Part shown: piece by piece, positions 8,844 to 19,252 of the stretch | How the letters are laid out: each line of letters begins with the position of its first letter | Numbering within the stretch: the stretch's first letter is position 1 | Assembly (NCBI GenBank): GCA_025454835.1 | Contig: JALONQ010000002.1 | Location: forward strand, 133,483 to 197,482 | Direction of reading: 5' to 3' | DNA length: 64,000 bases | From: Bacteroidota bacterium | GTDB lineage: Bacteria; Bacteroidota; Ignavibacteria; UBA10030 | Translations under genes and position numbers: made by a program | The notes under the pieces: model-generated | The model's database searches: none | What the model was told of the DNA's origin: nothing | The model's input: the letters and a program-made list of their open reading frames with translations, nothing else

Positions 8844-11567
8844 ATGAATGCTCTTCGTGGCTCCCTCATGCGAGGCGGACGTGTCGCCGGTCTCCTGTCG
8901 ACGCTCCTCTTCGTTTCCGTCCTTCTCTGGGCGGGCACGACCGGCAAGATCGCCGGCTCGATCACCGACGCGTTGACCGGCGAAGCGCTCGTCGGGGCGA
9001 ACGTCATGCTCGTTGGGACGAGTCTCGGCACGACGACCGATCTCGACGGCTACTACACGATCAACAATATCCCTCCGGGGGTGTATCAGGTCGTGGTGAG
9101 CTATGTCGGCTATCGTCGGACGACCGTGACGAACGTCCAGGTGCGCATCGATCAAACCACGCGCGTCGACGCGAAGCTGCAGTCAGAGGCGATCGAAGGT
9201 GAGGAGGTCATCGTACGGGCCGAAAGGCCGCTGGTGCAGAAGGACCTCACCTCGAGTTCGGTGACGCTCTCGGCGGATGACCTCAAGCGCATTCCGACGG
9301 AGAATCTGAGCCAGGTCGTCAATATCCAGGCGGGAGTCGTCGGCGGTCACTTCCGCGGCGGCCGTTCGAACGAAGTGGCTTACCTCATTGACGGCGTTTC
9401 CGTCGTCGACCCGTTCAACGGGCGGATGAGCGTCGAGGTCGACAACACGACCATCCGTGAGATGGAGGTGATCAGCGGTACGTTCAACGCCGAATACGGC
9501 CAGGCGATGTCGGGCGTCGTCAACATCGTGACGCAGGAGGGCGCTTCGGATTTCCACGGTTCGCTGTCGCTCTATGCGGGCGACTACGTCACGTCGAACG
9601 ACGGCACCTACATGAATCTGGCGAAGATCGAACCGTTCCGGACGGCCAACATCCAGGGAAGTCTCAGCGGTCCGATCGCCGGGGGCCTGTCGTTCTTCGG
9701 GAGCCTGCGATCGTATCAGGATGAAGGCTATCTCTACGGCCGGCGTTTGTTCTTGACGTCGGACCGGTCTCCGTATGCCCTCAGGGATCCCTTGGGCAAT
9801 TCGATCCTCGGGCCCGACGGCCAGGCGATCTATGTCATTCCGCAATCGGGGGACGGGGCGTACGTCTCGATGAACCCCTCGAAGCGCAATACGGCCAACG
9901 GCAAGCTGTCGTACAGCATGGGGTATCTCAAGTTCAGCGGCAGCCTTCTGTGGGAAGACCACTGGAACAAGTACTACGACCACGGCTTCTCGCGGACGCC
10001 GGACGGCACGACGAACCACTATCGAACGAACTGGGTGTCTTCGTTCCAGGTGACCCATTCGCCGACGGCGAATACGTATCAGACGTTCAAGGCTTCCTAC
10101 AACCAGTTTGACTACAAAGGTTACGTGTACGAGAACGAGCTCGATCCCCGCTACGTCGACCCGTCGCAAGGCACGCCGATCTCGAACTACACCTTCCGGT
10201 CCGGCGGCCAGGCGTCTGATCGGTATGACCGGCACACACGAACGTGGATCGGCCAATGGGCGCTTTCGTCGCAGCTCGATGCGCACCACAAGGTCGGTGT
10301 GGGCATCGAAGGGCGCCGGCATGAGATCTACAACCACTGGAAGACGATCCTGAACCGGAATACGGTCGTCACGGACAGTTCTGGCGCTCTCGTCTTTGAG
10401 ATCGGATATCCGGACGTCGGCACATCCGACCACACGCTCTATTACAAGGAGCCGTACGAGTTCTCGGCCTACGTGCAGGACAAGATCGAATACGACATCA
10501 TGATCATCAACGCGGGAGTTCGGGTCGACTACTTCAACCCTAACGCCTCGTACCCGCTCGACCTGCGCAATCCGTCGGGGAACCCCGAGTTCCCGAACGC
10601 CGGCGTTTCCAAAAAGACCTCGGCCAAGGTCCAAGTGAGCCCCCGCCTTGGCGTCTCGTTCCCGATCACCGATGAAGGGATCATTCACTTCTCGTACGGC
10701 CATTTCTTCCAGATCCCGAGTTTCGAGAACCTCTATCTGAATTCGAACTACCTCGTGAACCAAGGCGACAACCTCTCGAGCGTGATAGGCAATCCCGACC
10801 TCGAGGCGCAGCGGACGGTGATGTATGAGCTGGGCCTCCAGCAGGTCCTGTTCGGCCAGGTGGGTATCGATTTCACGATCTACTATCGTGACATCCGGAA
10901 TCTTCTCGGCATGGAGATCCTCAGCACGTACGAAGGATTCCGGTTCTCTCGCTTCATCAATCGGGACTATGCCAACGTCAAGGGATTCATTTTCAGCGTG
11001 GAGCGCCGGTTCATCGGCGGATTCAGCGTCCGGGCTGACTATACGTATCAGATCGCCGAAGGCAACGCCTCCGATCCGTACGCCGTCTTCTACAACAACC
11101 AGTCCGACCCTCCGACCGAGACGAACAAGAAGGTCGTTCCGCTCGACTGGGATCAGCGTTCGACGCTCAACGTGTCCGTCAGCGTCGGCGATCCGGGCGA
11201 CTGGAACGTCGGCCTCATCGCCCAGTATGGCAACGGCTTCCCGTACACCGAAGATGTCCGCGTCTCGAACGGGTTGAGGTTCGAGAACGGCGGTAAAAGG
11301 CCGACGACGTTCAACGTCGACCTGCGCGCCGAGAAGACCGTGGCCTTCGGTCCGGTCGACCTGACGGTATTCGCCCTCGTCTACAATCTTCTCGATACGA
11401 GGAACGAATACGGCGTCAACGCGGCGAGCGGTCGCGCGAACATCGACCTCTACACCTATCTGGCGGGCCGGATCATCGGCCTGAACACGATCGACGAATA
11501 CGTCAACAACCCGGCCTCGTTCTCGGCGCCGCGCCAGGTGCGGTTGGGTGTCACGTGGAATTTCTGA
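8844..11567 (+). CDS. TonB-dependent receptor with N-terminal carboxypeptidase-regulatory-like domain (not SusC-type)
   Basis: TTGKIAGSITDALTGEALVGANV, plug (HFRGGRSNEVAYLIDGVSV, GTFNAEYGQAMSGVVNIVT), SPRLGVSFPIT, C-terminal beta-signal RLGVTWNF. Alternative start 8868. Confidence 0.92.
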   Translation: MNALRGSLMRGGRVAGLLSTLLFVSVLLWAGTTGKIAGSITDALTGEALVGANVMLVGTSLGTTTDLDGYYTINNIPPGVYQVVVSYVGYRRTTVTNVQVRIDQTTRVDAKLQSEAIEGEEVIVRAERPLVQKDLTSSSVTLSADDLKRIPTENLSQVVNIQAGVVGGHFRGGRSNEVAYLIDGVSVVDPFNGRMSVEVDNTTIREMEVISGTFNAEYGQAMSGVVNIVTQEGASDFHGSLSLYAGDYVTSNDGTYMNLAKIEPFRTANIQGSLSGPIAGGLSFFGSLRSYQDEGYLYGRRLFLTSDRSPYALRDPLGNSILGPDGQAIYVIPQSGDGAYVSMNPSKRNTANGKLSYSMGYLKFSGSLLWEDHWNKYYDHGFSRTPDGTTNHYRTNWVSSFQVTHSPTANTYQTFKASYNQFDYKGYVYENELDPRYVDPSQGTPISNYTFRSGGQASDRYDRHTRTWIGQWALSSQLDAHHKVGVGIEGRRHEIYNHWKTILNRNTVVTDSSGALVFEIGYPDVGTSDHTLYYKEPYEFSAYVQDKIEYDIMIINAGVRVDYFNPNASYPLDLRNPSGNPEFPNAGVSKKTSAKVQVSPRLGVSFPITDEGIIHFSYGHFFQIPSFENLYLNSNYLVNQGDNLSSVIGNPDLEAQRTVMYELGLQQVLFGQVGIDFTIYYRDIRNLLGMEILSTYEGFRFSRFINRDYANVKGFIFSVERRFIGGFSVRADYTYQIAEGNASDPYAVFYNNQSDPPTETNKKVVPLDWDQRSTLNVSVSVGDPGDWNVGLIAQYGNGFPYTEDVRVSNGLRFENGGKRPTTFNVDLRAEKTVAFGPVDLTVFALVYNLLDTRNEYGVNAASGRANIDLYTYLAGRIIGLNTIDEYVNNPASFSAPRQVRLGVTWNF

Positions 11568-11589
11568 CCCGAAGGTCCAGGAGCTGACA

Positions 11590-14500
11590 GTGATCCGAAC
11601 GTTCATTCTCTCGCTGCTGTTCGCCGGCACTGCCGTTGCCGTCGCTCAGCCCGTCCTGACGCCGTCCGTCGATTCCCTCCATATCGGAAGCGTGAGGGTG
11701 GGCCAGCCGTTGACGTCAAGCCAGCTCTCCGTGCGGAACACCGGCTCGGGGCTGCTGACGGTCACGGCTATCGCCTCGTCGAACTTCGCCGTCAAGATCG
11801 GCGCGTCGCTGGCGGTCATCGCCCCGGGCGATTCGTTCATCGTCACCGTCACCTGGCGGCCGCGAAAGGCGGGGTTCGACACGGCGTCCGTCACGTTCAC
11901 CAGCAATACCTCGGCCCCGCCGCGGCGCGTTCGGTTGACCGTTATCGGCGACGTTGTGCTCGACCCCACGACGGCGGCCTACCGCAATGACCGCATCGGC
12001 GAGGTCACTGCCCGTCGCGAAGGCACCCTGAACGGCAATCTCATTTCGACGCTGTTCTACAACCACGGTGAAGTGGCGAAGTGGAACTTCCAGCCGTCCG
12101 TGGTCTGGCCGAAAGGAACGAACCACTCGTACATGGACGGCGTCGCCGTCCTCATCGGTGCACGCACGATCGCACCGGGCAACGGGAATGTCATCTCTCC
12201 GATCCAATCGGCGTATCGGGAAGAGGTGGACAAAGACCCGGTCACCGGACTGGAATGGGTCCTGCAACCGCTGCCAGGCTATGACAACCCGGGCCGACGG
12301 CCGAGCCCCACGCCGGCCGTGAACCGCGACACCTCGACATTTCCGCGGGTCTGGCCGGCGGCGCTCGGCCTCGACGCCACCTGGAACGGATTCTGGTACG
12401 GCTACTTCGGCCGGGGCGTCACGAATGCCGATCTCGAAACGTTCTACGTGATGGACGATTCGAAAGACAAGGAATTTACCAGACCGCCGTTCCTCTACTA
12501 CCCGATCGCTGGGGATTCTGCGCGCGGTGGGCTCGGCTTGCGGGTGGAGGTCCGCGGCTTCCAGTGGTCGCACGTGCTGGCCGAAGACATCATCTTCTGG
12601 CACTACGACATCGTCAACATCTCCGACTGGGACTACGACTCGACGGCCTTCGGTTTTTACACCGATCCCGGCGTTGGCGGTCCGAGCGCGCCGGGCAACA
12701 GCGCGCGGTATAACTCGCAGTTGGACCTGGCCTATGCTTGGAACACCAGCGGCATGGGCGTGCCCGATAACTGGAAGACCGGCTACGTCGGATATGCCTA
12801 CCTCGAAAGCCCGGGAAACGCGCTCAACGGCATTGACGACGACGAAGACGGAATGATCGACGAGCGGCGCGACGACCGCATCGACAACGACGGCGACTGG
12901 GTGTCGTTCACCGACCTGAACGCCAGCGCGACCTGGGACCCGGGCGAACCTTTGAACGACGACCTGGGCCGTGACGGCGTCGGTCCCACGGACCTGCAGT
13001 ATTCCGGTCCGGATGTGGGCGAAGGGGACGGCGTGCCGACTCCGGGCGAGCCGAACTTCGACCAGACAGACAAGGATGAGTCTGATCAGATCGGGCTTTC
13101 ATCGGCCGCCATCTGGGGGCTGGCCGACAAGGGTCCATCGGGCGGCTGGCCGAAGAACGACGAGATCATGTGGCAGAAGATGAACAGCGGCTTCCGCGAC
13201 ACGGCCATTGCCAACACGAACATCAGCATGACGTTCTCTTCCGGCCCGTTCCCGTTGCGCCAAGGACGCCGCGAACGCTTCTCGATGGCCCTGGCGATGG
13301 GGGAGGACCTGGACGATCTCATCTTTAACAAGGAGACGGTACAGGAGATCTACAACGCAAACTACAACTTCTCGAAGCCTCCATACACGCCTCGGCTGAC
13401 AGCTGTGCCCGGCAACGGACGCGTCTTCCTTTACTGGGACAACGTGGCCGAGCGGTCCGTGGACCGGTTCATGGGATTGCAAGATCCCTCCGATCCGTCG
13501 AAGGGCTACAAGCGGGATTTCGAGGGATACCTGCTGTATCGCAGTACGGAAGCGGAGTTTAACGACATCAAGATCATCACCGATTCGAAAGGCTCGGGCA
13601 AGTACTGGAAGCCCATTGCGCAATGGGACCTTGCTGACAGTATCGCCGGCCCCGATCCGGTCGGTATCAACGGGGCGAGCTTCTGGCGCGGCTCGAATTC
13701 GGGGCTTGTCCATTCCTTCATCGACACGACGGTCCTGAACGGAGTCCGCTACTACTATGCGCTCGTGTCGTACGACATGGGTGATCCAAAGCGCGGGACG
13801 AAGGGGTTGCAGCCGACGGAGTGCACCAAGATCATCACAGAGGACTTTGCCGGAAACCTGAAGTTCATCGATATCAATTGTGCCGTCGTCATGCCCAACG
13901 GCCCGGCCGCTGGATACCAACCGCCCCAAACGGAGGGGGACCTGAGAAAAGTCGCATCGGGCCTGGGCACCGGATCGATCGGCCTGATCATCCTTGATCC
14001 GAGCCAGGTGATCGACGGTGCGCGCTACACGGTCAGGTTCAAGGCCGATTCAACGATCCCCACCTACCGAACGCGTTCCTTCGACCTGCTCCGGACGAGC
14101 GGGACCTTGACAGACACGCTCCATCGGGGCTTGGATTCCTCGAGCATCGGCGAAGGCCGTTTCTCGCCGCCATTCGACGGCATGGTCCTGTCCGTTGCCA
14201 ACGACACCGCCGTCGTCCTGAATGACACCGCGACAGGCTGGGTGGTGGGTCGGAGCAACCTCTTCATGCGGGTGGCACGCGACGTCACGATCGGTTCGCG
14301 TTCGATCGCGTGGCCGACCGACTATGAGCTCCAGTGGTATCCGACGATCGTCGATACGACGGCGCTCAACGCCCCGGCATCGCGGTATCCGCTGCTGCCC
14401 GTCAACTTCACCGTCCGAAATCTCTACACCGGAGGACGGTCGAAGTTCATCATCCATGACGTCGACAACTCGAACTCTCTGACGGTCGGCGACACGATCC

Positions 14501-15018
14501 GGGTGTTGGAGCAGTTTGTCAGCGCGTCGAACTTCAAGTTCACGTGGAAACTCACGTACGGCCGCCCGTTCGGGGCCGACACGCTCTTTCCGCAGCCCGG
14601 GGACCGATACGTGATCAAGACCCGTCGGCCCTTCCTGACGGGCGACGAGTTCCAGTTCACGACGCGCGGATCGCGCACCGACCTGGAGGAGGCCAAGAAC
14701 AGCCTCGACCGGATCTCGGTCGTACCGAACCCGTACATCGCGACGGCACCGTGGGAGCGACGGTCGCTCTATGTGACAGGCCGAGGGGAGCGAAAGATCG
14801 AGTTCAAGAACCTGCCCGCGCTGTGCACGGTGCGCATCTACACCGTGAGCGGGGGACTTGTGGCGACGCTCCGGAAGGACTCATCGCCGATGGACGGCTC
14901 GCTGCCGTGGAACCTGATCTCGGATGACGGCATGGAGGTGGCGTACGGCCTCTACATCTATCACGTCGAAGCTCCCGGCCTCGGTGAGCACGTCGGCAAG
15001 TTTGCGATCGTGAAGTGA
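11590..15018 (+). CDS. Large secreted uncharacterised protein: Ig/ASH-like domain, conserved core, acidic Ca-binding-like repeats, FnIII-like domain, divergent T9SS-like CTD
   Basis: Signal peptide from GTG 11590. VRNTGSGLLTVTAI (ASH-like), NGIDDDEDGMIDE/IDNDGDW, PRLTAVPGNGRVFLYWD. C-terminus ISVVPNPY...KIEFKNLP..CTVRIYTVSG.LV...WNL...VAYGLYIYHV...KFAIVK. Confidence 0.7.
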   Translation: MIRTFILSLLFAGTAVAVAQPVLTPSVDSLHIGSVRVGQPLTSSQLSVRNTGSGLLTVTAIASSNFAVKIGASLAVIAPGDSFIVTVTWRPRKAGFDTASVTFTSNTSAPPRRVRLTVIGDVVLDPTTAAYRNDRIGEVTARREGTLNGNLISTLFYNHGEVAKWNFQPSVVWPKGTNHSYMDGVAVLIGARTIAPGNGNVISPIQSAYREEVDKDPVTGLEWVLQPLPGYDNPGRRPSPTPAVNRDTSTFPRVWPAALGLDATWNGFWYGYFGRGVTNADLETFYVMDDSKDKEFTRPPFLYYPIAGDSARGGLGLRVEVRGFQWSHVLAEDIIFWHYDIVNISDWDYDSTAFGFYTDPGVGGPSAPGNSARYNSQLDLAYAWNTSGMGVPDNWKTGYVGYAYLESPGNALNGIDDDEDGMIDERRDDRIDNDGDWVSFTDLNASATWDPGEPLNDDLGRDGVGPTDLQYSGPDVGEGDGVPTPGEPNFDQTDKDESDQIGLSSAAIWGLADKGPSGGWPKNDEIMWQKMNSGFRDTAIANTNISMTFSSGPFPLRQGRRERFSMALAMGEDLDDLIFNKETVQEIYNANYNFSKPPYTPRLTAVPGNGRVFLYWDNVAERSVDRFMGLQDPSDPSKGYKRDFEGYLLYRSTEAEFNDIKIITDSKGSGKYWKPIAQWDLADSIAGPDPVGINGASFWRGSNSGLVHSFIDTTVLNGVRYYYALVSYDMGDPKRGTKGLQPTECTKIITEDFAGNLKFIDINCAVVMPNGPAAGYQPPQTEGDLRKVASGLGTGSIGLIILDPSQVIDGARYTVRFKADSTIPTYRTRSFDLLRTSGTLTDTLHRGLDSSSIGEGRFSPPFDGMVLSVANDTAVVLNDTATGWVVGRSNLFMRVARDVTIGSRSIAWPTDYELQWYPTIVDTTALNAPASRYPLLPVNFTVRNLYTGGRSKFIIHDVDNSNSLTVGDTIRVLEQFVSASNFKFTWKLTYGRPFGADTLFPQPGDRYVIKTRRPFLTGDEFQFTTRGSRTDLEEAKNSLDRISVVPNPYIATAPWERRSLYVTGRGERKIEFKNLPALCTVRIYTVSGGLVATLRKDSSPMDGSLPWNLISDDGMEVAYGLYIYHVEAPGLGEHVGKFAIVK

Positions 15019-15025
15019 GGCGAAC

Positions 15026-16045
15026 ATGAAACGACTGATCATTGGAGTGCTCGTCAGCCTCGCCGTCGCCGGAACGAGCGCCGTGGGGCAGAATGTCTCG
15101 AAACGCGGTACCACGGCCGCGACCTTCCTGTCGATCTCGCAAGGGGCGCGTGGCATGGCCATGGGGGGCGCGTTCGTCGCCGTCGTGAACGATCCGTCGG
15201 CGATGTACTGGAACCCCGCCGGCTTGACCGAGGTCGAAGGGATCAGTTTCCTCGTCGACAATACGACTTGGATCGCGGACATCCACTACAATTACATCGG
15301 CGCCACCGTATCGGCCGGGCCGGTCGGCGTGCTCGGGCTCAACGTGACGATGTCGAACATCGCCGACATGGCCGTGACGACGGTCGACAAACAGGATGGG
15401 ACCGGTGAGGTCTTTGGCGTGTCGGACCTGGCGGTCGGCCTGTCGTACGCGATCAAGTTGACCGATGCGTTCTCCATCGGCTTCACGCCGAAGTTCGTCC
15501 ACCAGAAGATCTGGAAGATGAGCGCCACGGCGTTCGCGATCGATCTTGGCGTCAAGTACCGGACGCCGTTCGAAGGCTTCACCCTCGGCATGTCGATCTC
15601 GAACTTCGGCACGAAGATGCAGATGCAAGGGAACAATTCGCTGGTACTGTACGATCCTGATCCGTCCGGCTCGGGCAACAATGGTCGCATCCCGGCGCAG
15701 CTGGCGACGGAGGAATGGGAACTGCCGCTGAACTTCCGCGTGGGTTTGGCGTACGATCTGCCCCTCGAAGAGATCGGCCGGCTGACCCTGGCGGCCGACG
15801 CGCAACACCCCAGCGACGACTACGAGAGCGTGAGCGCCGGCGGCGAGTTTGAGTTCAACGAGGTGCTTTACATTCGGGGAGGATATAAAACGTTGTTCCT
15901 CACTGATTCGGAAGAAGGGTTGGCACTCGGCCTCGGCGTCCGGCAATACGTCATCGGCAACGTCCGCCTGGGACTCGACTACGCCTACCAGGAGTTCGCC
16001 CGCCTGGCCAGCGCCCAGAAGATCACCCTCAGCATCCAGTTCTGA
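15026..16045 (+). CDS. PorV/PorQ-family outer-membrane beta-barrel (UPF0164-like)
   Basis: GTTAATFLSISQGARGMAMGGAFVAVVNDPSAMYWNPAGL, DLAVGLSYA, LPLNFRVGLAY, alternating beta-strand pattern, terminal Phe (ITLSIQF). Confidence 0.85.
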   Translation: MKRLIIGVLVSLAVAGTSAVGQNVSKRGTTAATFLSISQGARGMAMGGAFVAVVNDPSAMYWNPAGLTEVEGISFLVDNTTWIADIHYNYIGATVSAGPVGVLGLNVTMSNIADMAVTTVDKQDGTGEVFGVSDLAVGLSYAIKLTDAFSIGFTPKFVHQKIWKMSATAFAIDLGVKYRTPFEGFTLGMSISNFGTKMQMQGNNSLVLYDPDPSGSGNNGRIPAQLATEEWELPLNFRVGLAYDLPLEEIGRLTLAADAQHPSDDYESVSAGGEFEFNEVLYIRGGYKTLFLTDSEEGLALGLGVRQYVIGNVRLGLDYAYQEFARLASAQKITLSIQF

Positions 16046-16063
16046 CGCGTATCGGAGCCACTC

Positions 16064-17863
16064 ATGATCGATCGAAAGCTGTTGCGGACCTTCGCCCTCG
16101 CACTCGTCTCCGTCATCACGGCGGACGCACAACCTGCCGCTGAACGCGTGGATAAACTTCTTCAGTCCATGACCCTGGAGGAAAAGGTCGGCCAGATGAC
16201 GCAGGCTGACTACGGTGCCCTCAAAGGCCGCACTGACGACGTCACAAAGTATGCGCTTGGGTCCGTGTTGTGGGGAGGCGGGACCGAGTTGCCGGAGATC
16301 TCGTCCGAGCACTGGGCCCGCGCGTCGGGTGAGCTGCAGGGACTCGCGGCCAAGACGCGTCTGCGCATTCCGCTCGTGCTGGGCATCGACGCGGTGCACG
16401 GTCACAACAACCTGACCGACGCGGTCATGATGCCGCATAACATCGGGCTCGGCGCGACTCGCGACGCCGCGATCGTCGAGGCCGTTGCCCGCGTGACAGC
16501 GGTCGAGATGCAAGCGACGGGGATGAACTGGGCGTTCGCGCCGTGTGTCGCCGTCGCGCGCGACGAACGCTGGGGCCGGACGTATGAGAGCTTTGGAGAG
16601 GATCCAGACCTCGTCCGCCAGATGGGCGTGGCCCACCTCCGCGGTCTGCAGGGCGCGTCGCTTTCGAACCCGACGTCGGCATTGGCCTGCGTGAAACACT
16701 ACGTCGGCGACGGTGGAACGACGGGCGGCAAAGACCAGGGAAACACGGAGGTTGACGAAGCGACGTTGCGCCGCATCCATCTGCCGGGTTACATCGACGC
16801 GATCAAGGCCGGTGCCCGCTCGATCATGGCGTCGTACAACAGCTGGAACGGCAACAAGCTGCACGGTCATCGCTACCTCATGACCGACGTGTTGAAGGGG
16901 GAGCTCAAGTTCTCGGGGTTCATCGTATCGGATTGGGCGGGGATCGATCAGCTGCCTGGAACGTATCGCGACCAGATCGCGGCTTCGGTCAACGCCGGTC
17001 TGGATATGGCCATGATCCCCAACGGTCCGGGAACGCCGAACAACTACGTGGACTTCATCACCGAGCTGACGAAGCTCGTCAACGAAGGCGTCGTGCCGAT
17101 GTCTCGCATCAACGATGCGGTGCGACGGATCCTGACGGTCAAGATGGAGATGGGATTGCTCCGCCGCTCGCCGGGCCCTGCCGTCGGACTGGAGACGGTC
17201 GGTTCGAAGGCCCACCGGAAGGTGGCCCGCGAGGCCGTGCGCAAGTCGATCGTTCTGCTGAAGAACGAGAACAAGGTCCTGCCGCTGTCGAAAACATCGA
17301 AACGGATCACCGTGGCCGGTCCTGCGGCCGACGATATGTCCGTACAGTGCGGCGGCTGGACGATCGATTGGCAAGGGAAGGAAGGGCGCCGTGTGATCGG
17401 AGGGACAACGATCCTTCACGCGGTCGAACAAAGCGTCGGCGCTGGGGCGACCGTGACTTACTCGACGAACGGAACGGGTGCCGACAGTGCGGATGCCGTC
17501 ATCGTGGTCGTCGGTGAGGAGCCGTACGCTGAGATGTTCGGCGACCGCAAGGACCTTCGATTGAGCGATGCCGACCGGGCCGTGATCGAGACCGTGTTCG
17601 CCACCGGACGACCGACCATCGTCGTCTTGCTGTCCGGGCGGCCCATCATCATCGACGACCTCATGACGAAGTGCCATGCCCTGGTCGCGGCCTGGCTGCC
17701 GGGCTCCGAAGGGGCCGGCGTGACCGATGTCCTGTTCGGTGACGTCGCTCCTACCGGAAAGCTGTCACACACGTGGCCTCGGTCGATGGACCAGGTCCCG
17801 GTCAACGTCGGTGACCCGAATATCGACCCGCTGTTCCCATATGGCTACGGCCTGAGCTACTGA
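16064..17863 (+). CDS. GH3 beta-glucosidase / exo-beta-glucanase (barley ExoI-like), signal peptide I
   Basis: [41 protein letters not shown], nucleophile [24 protein letters not shown]. Confidence 0.93.
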   Translation: MIDRKLLRTFALALVSVITADAQPAAERVDKLLQSMTLEEKVGQMTQADYGALKGRTDDVTKYALGSVLWGGGTELPEISSEHWARASGELQGLAAKTRLRIPLVLGIDAVHGHNNLTDAVMMPHNIGLGATRDAAIVEAVARVTAVEMQATGMNWAFAPCVAVARDERWGRTYESFGEDPDLVRQMGVAHLRGLQGASLSNPTSALACVKHYVGDGGTTGGKDQGNTEVDEATLRRIHLPGYIDAIKAGARSIMASYNSWNGNKLHGHRYLMTDVLKGELKFSGFIVSDWAGIDQLPGTYRDQIAASVNAGLDMAMIPNGPGTPNNYVDFITELTKLVNEGVVPMSRINDAVRRILTVKMEMGLLRRSPGPAVGLETVGSKAHRKVAREAVRKSIVLLKNENKVLPLSKTSKRITVAGPAADDMSVQCGGWTIDWQGKEGRRVIGGTTILHAVEQSVGAGATVTYSTNGTGADSADAVIVVVGEEPYAEMFGDRKDLRLSDADRAVIETVFATGRPTIVVLLSGRPIIIDDLMTKCHALVAAWLPGSEGAGVTDVLFGDVAPTGKLSHTWPRSMDQVPVNVGDPNIDPLFPYGYGLSY

Positions 17864-17918
17864 CACCGGGCGCGCCCGGACCACACGAATCTCACCTCCG
17901 ATCCTCCGACAGACACGT

Positions 17919-19229
17919 ATGGCCTCGATCCCCGGCACGACGCAGCAAACGTCCACCACGGTGCCTCCGGCGGCGAACTACACGCCGGCATTGACGGTGC
18001 TCACATCCCTGTTCTTCATGTGGGGATTCCTGACCTGCCTCAATGACATCATTATCCCGCATTTGAAGGCCGTCTTCGACCTGAACTACACTCAGGCGAT
18101 GCTCATTCAGTTTAGCTTCTTCACGGCTTACTTTGTGGTCTCGCTGCCTTCCGGATGGTTCGTCGAGAAGTTCGGCTACAAGACTGGCATCATCGTCGGT
18201 CTTGTGACAGCGGCCATCGGCTGTCTGTTGTTCTATCCAGCGGCCGCAGAGCGTTCGTACGACATCTTTCTGTTTGCGCTGTTCGTTCTGGCCTCGGGCA
18301 TCACCCTCCTGCAGGTCGCTGCAAACCCGTACGTCGCGATCCTCGGACGACCCGAGACGGCCAGCAGCCGTCTGACACTGACGCAGGCATTCAACTCACT
18401 CGGCACGACCGTCGCGCCGCTCTTCGGTTCGTGGATCATCCTTTCCAATGCCGTCAAGTCTCCGGCGGAATTGGGCTTGATGAGCCCCGTCGATATCGAG
18501 GCGTATCGTGCGGCAGAGGCAGCGTCGGTCCAGATCCCTTATCTGGGTCTGGCCTCGGCCCTGTTGATCGTTGCGTTCGTTATCGGCATGTTCAAGCTTC
18601 CGCGTGTTGAAGCTGCGGAATCGGCGACGGAAGGGGGGCATAATCAGGACCACCTGCATGGGAGCGCCTGGAAGTACCGGCACTTGGTCCTCGGAGCGAT
18701 CGCCATCTTCGTCTATGTCGGCGGTGAGGTGGCCATCGGCAGCTTCCTCGTCAACTACATCAGCCAGCCGTCGATCGGTGACATGTCGATCGCCGAAGCT
18801 GGCCGTTTCGTTTCTTTCTACTGGGGCGGCGCCATGGTGGGTCGGTTCATTGGGGCTGCCGTGATGCGTACGATCGCACCGGGCAAGGTGCTGACCGTCC
18901 ACGCGTTCGCGGTCATGACGCTCGTCGTCACGGCCATTCTGACGACCGGACATGTGTCGATGTGGGCGATCCTGGCGGTGGGGCTCTTCAATTCGATCAT
19001 GTTCCCGACGATCTTCACGCTGGCGATCCGAGGCCTCGGCCGCCATACCGGCCAGGGTTCGGGCATTCTCTGTATGGCGATCGTCGGCGGCGCCATTGTG
19101 CCGGTCCTGCAGGGTATGCTGGCCGACTCGGTGGGCATCCAAATGGCATTTGTCATTCCAGTTCTGTGCTACGCCTACATCGCATATTATGGAGCCCGCG
19201 GACATCGTCCGGCGTTCGCTCAACCCTGA
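17919..19229 (+). CDS. gluP: Glucose/galactose MFS permease (GluP/FucP family)
   Basis: [60 protein letters not shown]. Confidence 0.85.
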   Translation: MASIPGTTQQTSTTVPPAANYTPALTVLTSLFFMWGFLTCLNDIIIPHLKAVFDLNYTQAMLIQFSFFTAYFVVSLPSGWFVEKFGYKTGIIVGLVTAAIGCLLFYPAAAERSYDIFLFALFVLASGITLLQVAANPYVAILGRPETASSRLTLTQAFNSLGTTVAPLFGSWIILSNAVKSPAELGLMSPVDIEAYRAAEAASVQIPYLGLASALLIVAFVIGMFKLPRVEAAESATEGGHNQDHLHGSAWKYRHLVLGAIAIFVYVGGEVAIGSFLVNYISQPSIGDMSIAEAGRFVSFYWGGAMVGRFIGAAVMRTIAPGKVLTVHAFAVMTLVVTAILTTGHVSMWAILAVGLFNSIMFPTIFTLAIRGLGRHTGQGSGILCMAIVGGAIVPVLQGMLADSVGIQMAFVIPVLCYAYIAYYGARGHRPAFAQP

Positions 19230-19252
19230 CCGGCCGCACGGGGGCCACGTCC

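Noticed and set aside
9183-11630. Long antisense ORFs (also 14804-17677, 59651-62047 and many shorter ones)
   Set aside because: They mirror well-supported sense genes and give Arg/Val/Asp-rich text with no motifs. Stop-poor antisense frames are expected in GC-rich coding DNA.
11590-15018. SusD homolog downstream of the TonB receptor
   Set aside because: No lipobox Cys and no TPR-like SusD signature. The protein is about twice SusD size, beta-rich, and ends in a CTD-like domain.
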